IMG/VR virus record: IMGVR_UViG_3300025097_002022
Location: 16,058-80,057 of that record
Length of the DNA: 64,000 nucleotides
DNA from: a virus
Direction: 5' to 3' (one strand)
Both the position numbers and the translations under genes were made by a program. Of this stretch, positions 48,852 through 58,287 are shown in pieces. Below the pieces are notes generated by a model, which worked only from the letters and a program-made list of their open reading frames with translations, was not told the DNA's origin and searched no databases. Positions within the stretch are counted from its first letter, which is position 1, and every line of letters begins with the position of its first letter.

Positions 48852-51752
48852 ATGTCTACAACAGCCCCAGAAGAGTATAAGATTCAAGGATATCTCCTCG
48901 CCAACGCGGAGGAATTGATTAAGTTGACAGGCAGAAATCTGCCGAAGAGACGCGCCGTCTCTTCAAATCAAAAAATAAACAATATGTCAAAAGGTCAACG
49001 TTTTGCAGCCCAACAGCCAGTGTATGTAAAGAAGGTTGCAAGAGATCCCACTGCCGCAGGAGATAATTTTAGTGATTTGTTCAACAGCTTCAATCCAGTC
49101 GGATCTATTGAATTTGTAGACGATTTACCGGACGCTGCCCGCCGCAAATTAACGCCTACTTTTAGAGTATTTAAGACATTGAAGCAGCACGGCACGGGGA
49201 AAGAGGTGGACTTGGAGTTGAAGAGTGGTGTCCTCGAAAAACTCTGGGCGTCGACAGCGGCAGGCACGGCTGTGCAAGATGTTGAGATACTGCGCCTCGG
49301 AGGAAACCCGGAGGAAGTCGATACGAATATAAAAGTATCAATTACTCTCTACTCTACGCACCTCGGACACCTTTTTGCAAAACAGACTCCCGCTCCATTA
49401 CCAAATTGGAAAACCAGCAAAGAATCCCCCATTCCAGCGGAGTGGAAAGAAGTTATCGAATCAGGAGTTTCGTGGATTGATTTAATTAAAATGGATCTAG
49501 GCGAAACTGCCGAAGAAGAGGCAATTAGTCATCAATATGTCCGAGCAATTGGAAAAGAATCAAAGTCTTCTGTAATGGGGGGTGAAAAATCTCACTTAGA
49601 AATGGATGAGATATCACAGAGAATCAAGATTGAATTGGGATATAAAAGAATTAAAAAACTCGCAGAGTATACTCCAGAAGAAGTAGAGAAGATAAACAAT
49701 TGGTTATCTTCTCAAACGGAGGTGCTATATCTGTCCCTGCTTGAACATGAGATTGCATTCAATGAAGACGGAACATCAACAATGCGAATAAATTATATTG
49801 CTTCAGGAGGTACAAATACATTCTCAAGACATGACGACATCCTGTTTGAACCATATTTTTACGAATTAGAAAAGCGGTGGAACGATGATATTTGTAAATT
49901 AAACAAACTCTCACCCAACAAAGAAGGTGGCGTGGGTTTGGGGAGTTACGTTCTAACGGATAACCCCTTCCACAGTAGCAAATTGAAGAGTTGGGATGCA
50001 AAAGATGTAGAAAGGAGAAAGGACTTAATAGAAGAGAGGGAGAGGTGGATTGAGGAAATTAGAACAGCGCAGTCTCAATTGATGCTGTCGGGATTATATG
50101 GTTGGGTAAAGTATTTTTCCGACGTGGAAACACATTCTTTGGCCAGTTCACATTGGCGAGAAACACAATATCTCTCAAGAGTAAAATGTACTAAAATACT
50201 TTTGAAAGATACTCTCAAGATAACTTCTAAACTATCTCGCAACGAGAATGGACAGCCGTTTGGAGTTGAAAATTATTTAGACAGGTTTTGGAGAAAAAGT
50301 AAGGAGAACAGGAAAGAATGGAAAAAGTATCATGACGATTTATCCGGCGAAGTGGATGAAATGGCTGTTTTTTCAGACCTCCAAAACACCGGCGGCAATC
50401 CGGCAGTAATATCTCAGTTTGTATTCTTGGGCGACATTATAGAGACGGCAATAGAGGTTCTCGCTTCAAATAGGAGATTTGGATATTCTGAATCCGTTGA
50501 ATCAAAATATGCTAAACGGTCTCCCAGATTTAAAGTTTGGCATAAAGGAGATTCGTCTAAAGTCGTCGAAAATGCATTCATTTTGCCATTAAACAATTTG
50601 TTCTTACGCGGTAGAAATGTGAAAGAATTTTCCACCCAAACATCAAAGATGTCCCACGATGTCCCCAGCTTTGTACGCCAAGGCGATTGGATTATGAATA
50701 GAATATACGAAGAGTATGGAGAAATTCTTTTCTCAGATATTACATATCAGAATCCAGGCAATCCAAACGAAGACATAACTATCAACCTTGCAGATCTTCC
50801 GATTTCACTTTTTGACTATAAGAGATGGTATATCGAGAATTTTGTTGCCAAAAGAAGAAGCACACTGTATCTCAAACAATTTATCGAAATGCTTATTTCG
50901 AATTATGTTCCAAATTTAATTGCTAAAGCAAGAAGAAAGGCAGGAGAGACGACAGACAAGGAAAAGCCAGTCCTTTTGATAAACAGAGAGACATTGGCAG
51001 TCCCAGTTCGGGGTTTTCTCCAACACTCCAATACAGAGAGGAATGAGCCGTTGAATGCGCTGAGTCGAAACCGCCTCAGAAAAATCTTTAAAAAAAACCA
51101 GCCCCAAGCGCTCACCAATAGCGCAACAAAGTTGCAACAAATAACAATAATATCTCAAGCATCCGTTGTCAATATAAAGCCCCCGCCAAACCAAACCAGA
51201 AGGCAGCTTAATAAGGCGAAGAATATTCCAAATATTGTATTCAACAGCAAAGCTACTGGAATTTTAGATACCCTATCTTTTCAAAAGGAGGACATGCCTG
51301 GGCTCCGCGAAGCAAGACTGTTCGAAGGAAAGAACTTTGTTGGACCCGATATTATTAGAGAAAAATACAACTGCTCATTAAGGATGAAAGGGACAACATT
51401 TTTTAAGCCAGGCAACGTTCTCTACTTAGATCCGTCTCCTTTGGACCTAGGCTTTGCAGTGGATGGAAAGTCACCCGCCCGCCTTCTCGGCTTAGGTGGA
51501 TATTATGATGTCCTCCGTGTCACTCACAACATAAACCTTTCCGGAGACAATACTTGGGAAACAGACTTGGAAACAAAGTGGACTTCCTTCGGAGAAAACG
51601 ATGGACTCCGCAAGCGGAAGATGGAATCGTGCCAGACTTCCTATAAAGCTCGGCTTGAGAATTCCCTTGATCTTTCAGATCCGAAAGTCGTCATGTCCTT
51701 ATATTCCCCAGCAAACTTGGCAAAACACTATTTCTTCAAACCAAAGCCATGA
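48852..51752 (+). CDS. Large baseplate hub protein (gp27/late-control-D-like C-terminus)
   Basis: C-terminal MKGTTFFKPGNVLYL...GLGGYYDVLRVTHNI...WET pattern. Confidence 0.6.
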   Translation: MSTTAPEEYKIQGYLLANAEELIKLTGRNLPKRRAVSSNQKINNMSKGQRFAAQQPVYVKKVARDPTAAGDNFSDLFNSFNPVGSIEFVDDLPDAARRKLTPTFRVFKTLKQHGTGKEVDLELKSGVLEKLWASTAAGTAVQDVEILRLGGNPEEVDTNIKVSITLYSTHLGHLFAKQTPAPLPNWKTSKESPIPAEWKEVIESGVSWIDLIKMDLGETAEEEAISHQYVRAIGKESKSSVMGGEKSHLEMDEISQRIKIELGYKRIKKLAEYTPEEVEKINNWLSSQTEVLYLSLLEHEIAFNEDGTSTMRINYIASGGTNTFSRHDDILFEPYFYELEKRWNDDICKLNKLSPNKEGGVGLGSYVLTDNPFHSSKLKSWDAKDVERRKDLIEERERWIEEIRTAQSQLMLSGLYGWVKYFSDVETHSLASSHWRETQYLSRVKCTKILLKDTLKITSKLSRNENGQPFGVENYLDRFWRKSKENRKEWKKYHDDLSGEVDEMAVFSDLQNTGGNPAVISQFVFLGDIIETAIEVLASNRRFGYSESVESKYAKRSPRFKVWHKGDSSKVVENAFILPLNNLFLRGRNVKEFSTQTSKMSHDVPSFVRQGDWIMNRIYEEYGEILFSDITYQNPGNPNEDITINLADLPISLFDYKRWYIENFVAKRRSTLYLKQFIEMLISNYVPNLIAKARRKAGETTDKEKPVLLINRETLAVPVRGFLQHSNTERNEPLNALSRNRLRKIFKKNQPQALTNSATKLQQITIISQASVVNIKPPPNQTRRQLNKAKNIPNIVFNSKATGILDTLSFQKEDMPGLREARLFEGKNFVGPDIIREKYNCSLRMKGTTFFKPGNVLYLDPSPLDLGFAVDGKSPARLLGLGGYYDVLRVTHNINLSGDNTWETDLETKWTSFGENDGLRKRKMESCQTSYKARLENSLDLSDPKVVMSLYSPANLAKHYFFKPKP

Positions 51753-53044
51753 CAACCAATTTATTAAATCGAAGTGTAGGCACAAAAGAGACATTCGATC
51801 TTCGAAAGGTGTATCTATCAGACATTGTTCCGTCCTCCAAATATACTAATTTCTATGACTCCTCTCTGGTTCACTTCTACGGTAAAGTCGATTTAGACGG
51901 AAACATTATCTATCCTTCTGAAAAGTTCTTATCAACCCTTCCGAATCCAAATAAGAAATCCGGCAGAACTTATTATGCCCTCAATTTCGTCGCAAAAGCT
52001 TTCTCAGATTTCAGAGACTATTATCTCAATGGCATCGTCTCCGGCATCACGAAGGGTGCCTCACCCATGCAGGTAATCGAGCCTATCCGAGGGTGGGAGA
52101 GTATGCACGATATATATGCTGCAAATATAGATTCTCTCTACTCAGTGCTCATCAACTCTTATTTACAGAACCCAGGACGAATAGCTGGAATAGAAAGTGC
52201 TTATCCGAAGGATTTTGATAACTTCATCCGTTCCACGAAACATCTCTTCAAGGCAAAGGGTGGTGTCGTCAAGTTAAGTCGCTCTTCTTTTATCCTCTCC
52301 ACTCATTGTCCTCTGTCCACAACTGGGCTCGCCATCGAGATTAATCCGAAAATAGACTATTCAAGCGACAAAGACAAAAATATTAACTTTTACGATAATC
52401 CGAACTTCGACTTCTACATGGAGGCTCTTAAGAAGTTTGGATTTATGGCAGACATCGATTACCCAGGGAGGCTCATCGCAGACGTTGGTTCCCCAGCGAT
52501 GCAAGAATATATGAGTGAATTTGGATTAACACTTGACACTTTGTTCGAGACGTATTATTATAAAGCAGAGAATTCCGATTATGATCTCATCAGAATCTAT
52601 CTCGCTCAGTTCTATAACAGTTATGTTACCGACTATCCGGTTAAATCCATTGTCAAGAAAAGAGGCTCAGTTCACTTGAATAAATACTCTCTCGAATCCC
52701 AAGGGCTTTTGACAAACAATAAGCCAATCCCAGTTTCCGCAACCAAAGTCATTTGCGAGAAATCAGAGCGAGATGTTATTCAGAGAAACAAGATTGACCC
52801 AGCAAACTACAGCGATAGTTATTGGTTGACAACTTGTATTGAGATGTTAAATTATGAACTTAGAAATCCTCTAAATGAGCATAATCTAAGCAAAGTGATA
52901 AAAAATGCACAAGATTTGAAAAAAAGCATTGACATCGATAGAGCCAAGTGTTATATTAATGAGGTGTTCAACAAGTTTCGATATCCAGCGAATATCACTC
53001 AGTTGGCAAATTACAAGTACGATACCAAAACTAAAACAAAATAG
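51749..53044 (+). CDS. Hypothetical protein
   Basis: 431-aa ORF, ATGA overlap. Confidence 0.6.
   Translation: MTTNLLNRSVGTKETFDLRKVYLSDIVPSSKYTNFYDSSLVHFYGKVDLDGNIIYPSEKFLSTLPNPNKKSGRTYYALNFVAKAFSDFRDYYLNGIVSGITKGASPMQVIEPIRGWESMHDIYAANIDSLYSVLINSYLQNPGRIAGIESAYPKDFDNFIRSTKHLFKAKGGVVKLSRSSFILSTHCPLSTTGLAIEINPKIDYSSDKDKNINFYDNPNFDFYMEALKKFGFMADIDYPGRLIADVGSPAMQEYMSEFGLTLDTLFETYYYKAENSDYDLIRIYLAQFYNSYVTDYPVKSIVKKRGSVHLNKYSLESQGLLTNNKPIPVSATKVICEKSERDVIQRNKIDPANYSDSYWLTTCIEMLNYELRNPLNEHNLSKVIKNAQDLKKSIDIDRAKCYINEVFNKFRYPANITQLANYKYDTKTKTK
52929..52957 (+). promoter_or_regulatory. sigma70-type promoter TTGACA-N17-TATATT inside the upstream ORF
   Basis: Consensus -35, 17-nt spacer, TG extension; ~95 nt before the polymerase gene. 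Confidence 0.7.
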
Positions 53045-53050
53045 ACATAA

Positions 53051-54247
53051 TTGATAGTCCAAACATTAGACGATAAGAAGCACTGTCTTGGTGTATATCA
53101 TGACGGAAGGCTAATTTACGAATGCGAAGAGTTCGATTTCGACTCTGTAAGTGCGACTTGGAATTACAATCCTGTTTTTTCTAAAAATGACACTCTCATA
53201 GCCTCTCTGTTCGTCGGAAATAAATCTATTGATGAAGTTTGTCCCGACTTTATCAAAGCCCGCTGGGAGGTAATCTCCGCCCGTCTGAGGGCATTCCACA
53301 AATCATTCTCGACAGCAAAGATATCCCTCGACATCAATTGCTTTTATGACATCGTTCCTCAACGGTTCCTTCTCGAATATTGTGAGGTTAAGAACAGGGT
53401 TACAAAACACGTCATTGAGAGCGAGATCAAGCCAGCCAATTATGATTTCATGCGAAGTATGTCCGAGTTCGCGTATGAGATTTCCCAGCAAAGACTGAAT
53501 CTTGATTATACATCTCTCGCACGAGACAGTCACAAGTTGAAGGTTCGCAACTTTCTCAAAAAAAGCAAACAATATAAGCCATTTATCTCATATAATATCT
53601 TTGGAACAAAGACAGGCAGACTCACAGCCAACAAGGGCTATTTTCCGATAATGACATTGGATTCAGATTACCGGAAAATTCTCAAGCCATCGAACGACTA
53701 TTTCGTTGAATTGGATTATAACGCTGCAGAGCTTAGGGTATTGCTTGCCCTCGGCGGCAAGGAACAGCCGCAGATGGACATCCACCAGTGGAATATAGAT
53801 AATGTCTACGCCGGCGCTGTAACCCGAGAGCAGGCAAAGAAGCGTGTATTTTCATGGCTTTATGGCTCAAGGACAAGAGAATTCTCGGCTGAGAGAGCAT
53901 ATGATAGAGAAGGTGTCTTAAGGAAGTTCTGGAACGGACAACATGTCGCGACACCATACAAGAGACTCATCCCAGCAGACAGACACCACGCTCTCAACTA
54001 TTTAATACAAAGCACGACAAGCGATTTGGTTCTCACAAAGGCAATGAACATCGCCGAGACTCTAAAAAGCAGAAAGTCCTTTATTTCTTTCACACTTCAT
54101 GATAGTATAGTTATTGACTTTGCCGACGAGGACAGAGAACTCATAGGAGAACTCATCTCCATCTTCTCTGAAACAAAGTTCGGAACATTCCAAGTAAATC
54201 TAAGTGGCGGGAAATCATTCGGAGAAATGAAGAGGATAAGGCAGTAG
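53051..54247 (+). CDS. polA: Compact family A DNA polymerase
   Basis: TKTGRL, motif A LDYNAAELR, motif B REQAKKRVFSWLYG, LNYLIQST, motif C LHDS. Confidence 0.8.
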   Translation: MIVQTLDDKKHCLGVYHDGRLIYECEEFDFDSVSATWNYNPVFSKNDTLIASLFVGNKSIDEVCPDFIKARWEVISARLRAFHKSFSTAKISLDINCFYDIVPQRFLLEYCEVKNRVTKHVIESEIKPANYDFMRSMSEFAYEISQQRLNLDYTSLARDSHKLKVRNFLKKSKQYKPFISYNIFGTKTGRLTANKGYFPIMTLDSDYRKILKPSNDYFVELDYNAAELRVLLALGGKEQPQMDIHQWNIDNVYAGAVTREQAKKRVFSWLYGSRTREFSAERAYDREGVLRKFWNGQHVATPYKRLIPADRHHALNYLIQSTTSDLVLTKAMNIAETLKSRKSFISFTLHDSIVIDFADEDRELIGELISIFSETKFGTFQVNLSGGKSFGEMKRIRQ

Positions 54248-54282
54248 ATGGTTCAGCGAACTATTTATAAGCGAGGCAAATT

Positions 54283-54990
54283 ATGAAAAGCATTATAGAC
54301 AACTGGAATAAATACACAAACGAAGTTCTAAACGAATCTTCCTTCTCTCGCATGAAGAGAATGGTGGACGAAGGGAAACAGCCTTTCATCGTCATCTCGG
54401 CAGCAAGAGATGACTTGGGCGAAGACGAGGCAGGCAACCAGAAGCGCGGCAAGATGCTAAAGAGCGACTTGAAGGCAGCGGGATACCCGTTCACTCAAGT
54501 TCTTGGTGCAGGACAGGAAGAGCCAGTTGAAGATCCAGATACAGGTGAAAAAAGCATCAAAAGAGTACTCGAAGTAACGCAGATAGTCACCACTCATCAG
54601 CGAGGAGATGTTCCTCGCGAAGAGGTGGAAGACGAAGCAGCCGCCCTATTTGAGTTGGGAAGAAGTCTATCCGCCAAATACGATCAGTTCGCCTTCATCT
54701 TTGGATATCCGATTGAAGACAAGTTCGGCAACACTGTAATGGCTATTGCTGCCTACAATGCCGACGCTCCCGCTTACGGAATGCAATATCGCATCAAGGA
54801 CGACTGGGCTGGACCTTGGCATACTATTCGCCAAGCAATCGAGAGCGATCAGTATTGGACAAAGATAGCAGGAACTAAGGGCGTCTTCATCGAAGAGAAG
54901 ATACGAGAGTTGGAAGAGATGGACACTGGGCATTATGTTCAAAAGGGATGGAAGACATCTCAAATCCTGAAATGGAAAAGTCTCTTATAG
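54283..54990 (+). CDS. Hypothetical late protein with a shared N-terminal leader
   Basis: Own late motif at 54259; MKSIIDNWNKYTNEVLNESSF. Confidence 0.65.
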   Translation: MKSIIDNWNKYTNEVLNESSFSRMKRMVDEGKQPFIVISAARDDLGEDEAGNQKRGKMLKSDLKAAGYPFTQVLGAGQEEPVEDPDTGEKSIKRVLEVTQIVTTHQRGDVPREEVEDEAAALFELGRSLSAKYDQFAFIFGYPIEDKFGNTVMAIAAYNADAPAYGMQYRIKDDWAGPWHTIRQAIESDQYWTKIAGTKGVFIEEKIRELEEMDTGHYVQKGWKTSQILKWKSLL

Positions 54991-55003
54991 ATACGGAAGA
55001 TAA

Positions 55004-55849
55004 ATGGACACAGTGATAGGACTGGGGAAGGCAGGATGCGCCATCGCAGACAAGTTCTCCCAATATCCGCAATACAGGATATTTAAAATTGACTCCGAGG
55101 ATTTAAGTAAAGACGCCAAGAGGTCAAAGCTCCTTAAAAGGCTCTCATCTCCAGAAATGTATGAAAGTGCAGTCCCGTCAATGAAGACTTTCTTCAAATC
55201 TGCGACAAACGATGTCCTGTTCGTTGTTTCTGGATCAGGGATGATATCCGGAGCAACTTTAAGAATTCTCGAACAGTTATCAAAAATGAAAAAGAACATC
55301 AACGTTCTCTATGTCAAGCCCGATGTCGAGTTTCTTGGTTCTGTCAATAGAGAACAAGAACGTCTTGTGAGAAATGTCCTTCAGGAGTACGCCCGCTCAG
55401 CAGTGATAAAAAGGCTCTATCTCATTGACAATAAAATCGTTGAATCAGTTCTTGGAGACGTTCCGGTTTTCGGATATTATGATAAACTTAATGACTTGAT
55501 TGTCTCAACATTCCACATGATAAATGTTTATGACCACCAGAAGGCAGTCCACGACACTCCGTTTGAGTCCAGTGATATTACCAAGATAAGTACCGTTGGA
55601 GTTGTTAATGTGGACACTGGAGAAGAAAAATTGCTCTTTCCTCTTGAAAACGTTTCCGAAAAGTGTTATTATTATGCTGTTAATCGGAAAGTTCTTGAGA
55701 CAGATGGAACTCTCCTGAGAAAACTAACTGACGGGATAAGCAAGAACGTCGGAGAAGAAGATATCAAGACAGCATTTCAGATTCACTCGACAACATATGA
55801 GCAGAGCTATGGATATCTCGTTGTCAACACCAGCAAAACAAATAATTGA
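55004..55849 (+). CDS. Divergent tubulin/FtsZ-family protein (PhuZ/TubZ-like)
   Basis: VIGLGKAGCAIAD (T1 loop), SGSGMISGA in the GGGTGSG position, LYLIDN, YYDKLNDLI. Confidence 0.7.
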   Translation: MDTVIGLGKAGCAIADKFSQYPQYRIFKIDSEDLSKDAKRSKLLKRLSSPEMYESAVPSMKTFFKSATNDVLFVVSGSGMISGATLRILEQLSKMKKNINVLYVKPDVEFLGSVNREQERLVRNVLQEYARSAVIKRLYLIDNKIVESVLGDVPVFGYYDKLNDLIVSTFHMINVYDHQKAVHDTPFESSDITKISTVGVVNVDTGEEKLLFPLENVSEKCYYYAVNRKVLETDGTLLRKLTDGISKNVGEEDIKTAFQIHSTTYEQSYGYLVVNTSKTNN

Positions 55850-55857
55850 GAGATAAA

Positions 55858-56136
55858 ATGATACTAAGAGCCCTCGGAACAATTTTGAGCTTCACAAAAA
55901 ACCACTGGAGACGGGTGATGGGAGTGGTAATCTTCTCCGCTATCGGAACCCTTGCAGCGCTTAAGGTATTCGAGAACGGCGTCGATATGGGAAGAATGGT
56001 TGGACACTGCGAACTCTCATGCCGGGTTCTTGGGACAGAATTTGTCGCCCTCGACACAGACACAAGTTGTCAATGTGAGTCCCCAGGTGGATTCATCATC
56101 GGCATTCCGATGGATCACAGTTATTTCGACAGATAA
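55858..56136 (+). CDS. Small membrane protein with four Cys
   Basis: TM VMGVVIFSAIGTLAAL; CELSC...CQC. Confidence 0.5.
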   Translation: MILRALGTILSFTKNHWRRVMGVVIFSAIGTLAALKVFENGVDMGRMVGHCELSCRVLGTEFVALDTDTSCQCESPGGFIIGIPMDHSYFDR

Positions 56137-56155
56137 ATAAAAGCCAAAAAAAGGC

Positions 56156-56184
56156 TTGAAAGGACTTGTAGTCCATGTTATAAT
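56156..56184 (+). promoter_or_regulatory. sigma70-type promoter TTGAAA-N17-TATAAT
   Basis: 17-nt spacer and TG extension upstream of ssb. Confidence 0.75.
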
Positions 56185-56263
56185 GAGTTTAGCAAGGTGA
56201 GAGATTTATCATCTTGACTATAGGCAAACCAGCCACAACAAAACTAAAAGGAAGAGAACAACA

Positions 56264-57040
56264 ATGGCAATTGATATTAATAAAATGAAGGCTCGTAAGC
56301 AAGCCTTGGAGAACCGAGGCGGCAACAGTAGCTCGTTCTGGCGTCCACAAGACGGAGAGCAAACTATCCGAATCGTCCCCACAGCGGACGGAGATCCTTT
56401 CAAAGATTACTGGTTCCACTATAACGTGGGCAAGAATCCCGGATTTCTCTCTCCAAAGAAGAACTTTGGCGAAGACGATCCTCTTGACACTTTCGTTCGC
56501 AAGCTTTTCAACGAGGGAACCGAGGAGTCAATCAAGGCTGCAAAGAACCTTATGGCTCGCCAACGATTCTTTTCTCCTGTCCTTGTCCGAGGTGAGGAAG
56601 AGAAGGGTGTCCGTATCTGGGGATATGGAAAGACGGTATATGAGCAATTGCTCAATCTTGTCTTAAATCCAGAATATGGCGATATCACTGATGTCGATTC
56701 TGGAACGGATCTCGTCCTTCATTATGGAAAGCCCGCAGGAGCAAGTTTCCCACAAACAAAACTTACTCCACGACGCCGGAATTCCGTCTTATGCGACGAA
56801 GCTGTCGGTGGCGACGAAAAGTGTACGGAACTCCTTGAAGCAATTCCTGAGTTCGACACCTTGTTCGAGCGCAAGACACCAGAAGAAGTTGGCACCTTAT
56901 TGGATGCATATCTTCTTGGCGACAACGCGGAAACTGGAGAATCAGGAGACACTGATGCTGCTCCTACCACCACCACTACATCGACAACCGATGCTGTGTC
57001 CTCCGTCGATGCCGCCTTCAATGATCTAATGGGAGCCTGA
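56264..57040 (+). CDS. Single-stranded DNA-binding protein (T4 gp32-like)
   Basis: FWRPQDGEQTIRIVP, WFHY, VRIWGYGKTVY, YGDITDVDSGTD; acidic C-terminus ending AFNDLM. Confidence 0.8.
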   Translation: MAIDINKMKARKQALENRGGNSSSFWRPQDGEQTIRIVPTADGDPFKDYWFHYNVGKNPGFLSPKKNFGEDDPLDTFVRKLFNEGTEESIKAAKNLMARQRFFSPVLVRGEEEKGVRIWGYGKTVYEQLLNLVLNPEYGDITDVDSGTDLVLHYGKPAGASFPQTKLTPRRRNSVLCDEAVGGDEKCTELLEAIPEFDTLFERKTPEEVGTLLDAYLLGDNAETGESGDTDAAPTTTTTSTTDAVSSVDAAFNDLMGA

Positions 57041-57153
57041 TCCACTCCATCGAACTGAGTAGCGGGACATAAATGCCCTTTGTCAGAAGACGCTATTCAC
57101 CCACGGGGGGGCACAGGGATATCAGGTGCCTCACACTTTATTCGGAGAGTAAT

Positions 57154-58287
57154 ATGGCGCGAGCTAAAAACAAAGCAAAAGCAGGCAAACTTAGCATGGC
57201 AGATATGCGTGCCCTCGTTAACAAGCGAGCAGGTATTAATGTTGCCCATAATTTAACCGAGGAGAATCCAACAGAAGTAAAAGATTGGATACCAACTGGC
57301 TCTCGTTGGTTAGATTCTATAATCTGTCGAGGAAAACTCTCAGGTATTCCTGTTGGTAAAATTGTTGAGATAGCTGGATTAGAGGCAACAGGTAAATCCT
57401 ATATGGCTGCTCAGATCGCAGCCAATGCTCAAAAGATGGGAGTTGATGTCATTTATTTCGACTCAGAGTCCGCAATTGATCCTGCTTTTCTTGAAAAGAT
57501 CGGATGTGATTTGAGTCGTCTTCTCTATGTGCAAGCTGCGTCTGTAGAGTTCGTCTTGGAGACAATTGAGGACTTACTTGCAAATAATGAAAATCGAATG
57601 TTATTTATTTGGGACTCTTTGGCATTGACGCCCGCTATTTCCGATATCGAAGGGGATTTTAACCCTCAGTCATCAATGGCAGTGAAGCCTCGTATCCTTG
57701 CAAAGGCGATGTCGAAATTAACTGTGCCAATTGCAAATGCTCAATGCACTTTCCTCGTCCTCAATCAATTGAAGACGAACATTACCCGCTCTCCCTCCGA
57801 GGCAATGACTACACCATATGTCACACCCGGCGGCAAAGCGATGATCTACGCTTATTCTTTACGAATCTGGCTAACTGGTCGAAAAGCCAAGGCATCCTTT
57901 GTTTTGGACAATAATGGATTCCGTATCGGCTCAGAAGTTAAGGTAAGGTTGGAGAAATCCCGTTTTGGAACCCAAGGTAGGCAGTGTAATTTCCAGATTT
58001 TATGGGGCGACGATACCATCGGCATTATGGACGATGAGAGTCTGTTCGATGCCATCGGAGGATCAAATAGTCTGCAGCGCTCCGGCGCATGGTATTCTCT
58101 TCTTGACTCCAATGGAAATGTTCTTGGAAACAAATTTCAATCTGCAACATGGCTTGATCGAATAAAAGACGATGTGTTTCGTCAAAGAGTATACGACATT
58201 ATGGACGAGGAAGTCATCCATAAGTTTGATAAACGGGAAGGCAACGCTTCCGACTTTTACGAAGACGAAGAAGGAGTAGAAAACTAA
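57154..58287 (+). CDS. recA: RecA/UvsX recombinase
   Basis: IPTGS..LD, GKIVEIAGLEATGKS, FDSESAID, IWDSL, NQL, TPGGKA, GAWY; start placed at the ATG after GGAG. Confidence 0.92.
   Translation: MARAKNKAKAGKLSMADMRALVNKRAGINVAHNLTEENPTEVKDWIPTGSRWLDSIICRGKLSGIPVGKIVEIAGLEATGKSYMAAQIAANAQKMGVDVIYFDSESAIDPAFLEKIGCDLSRLLYVQAASVEFVLETIEDLLANNENRMLFIWDSLALTPAISDIEGDFNPQSSMAVKPRILAKAMSKLTVPIANAQCTFLVLNQLKTNITRSPSEAMTTPYVTPGGKAMIYAYSLRIWLTGRKAKASFVLDNNGFRIGSEVKVRLEKSRFGTQGRQCNFQILWGDDTIGIMDDESLFDAIGGSNSLQRSGAWYSLLDSNGNVLGNKFQSATWLDRIKDDVFRQRVYDIMDEEVIHKFDKREGNASDFYEDEEGVEN

Noticed and set aside
53051-54247. Z-genome (DpoZ) or other modified-base polymerase
   Set aside because: No purZ, datZ or other base-modification genes are visible in the window; nothing supports it.
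57073-57153. 27-aa N-terminal extension of RecA in the ORF track
   Set aside because: No SD at 57073, the region is structured, and GGAG precedes the ATG at 57154.
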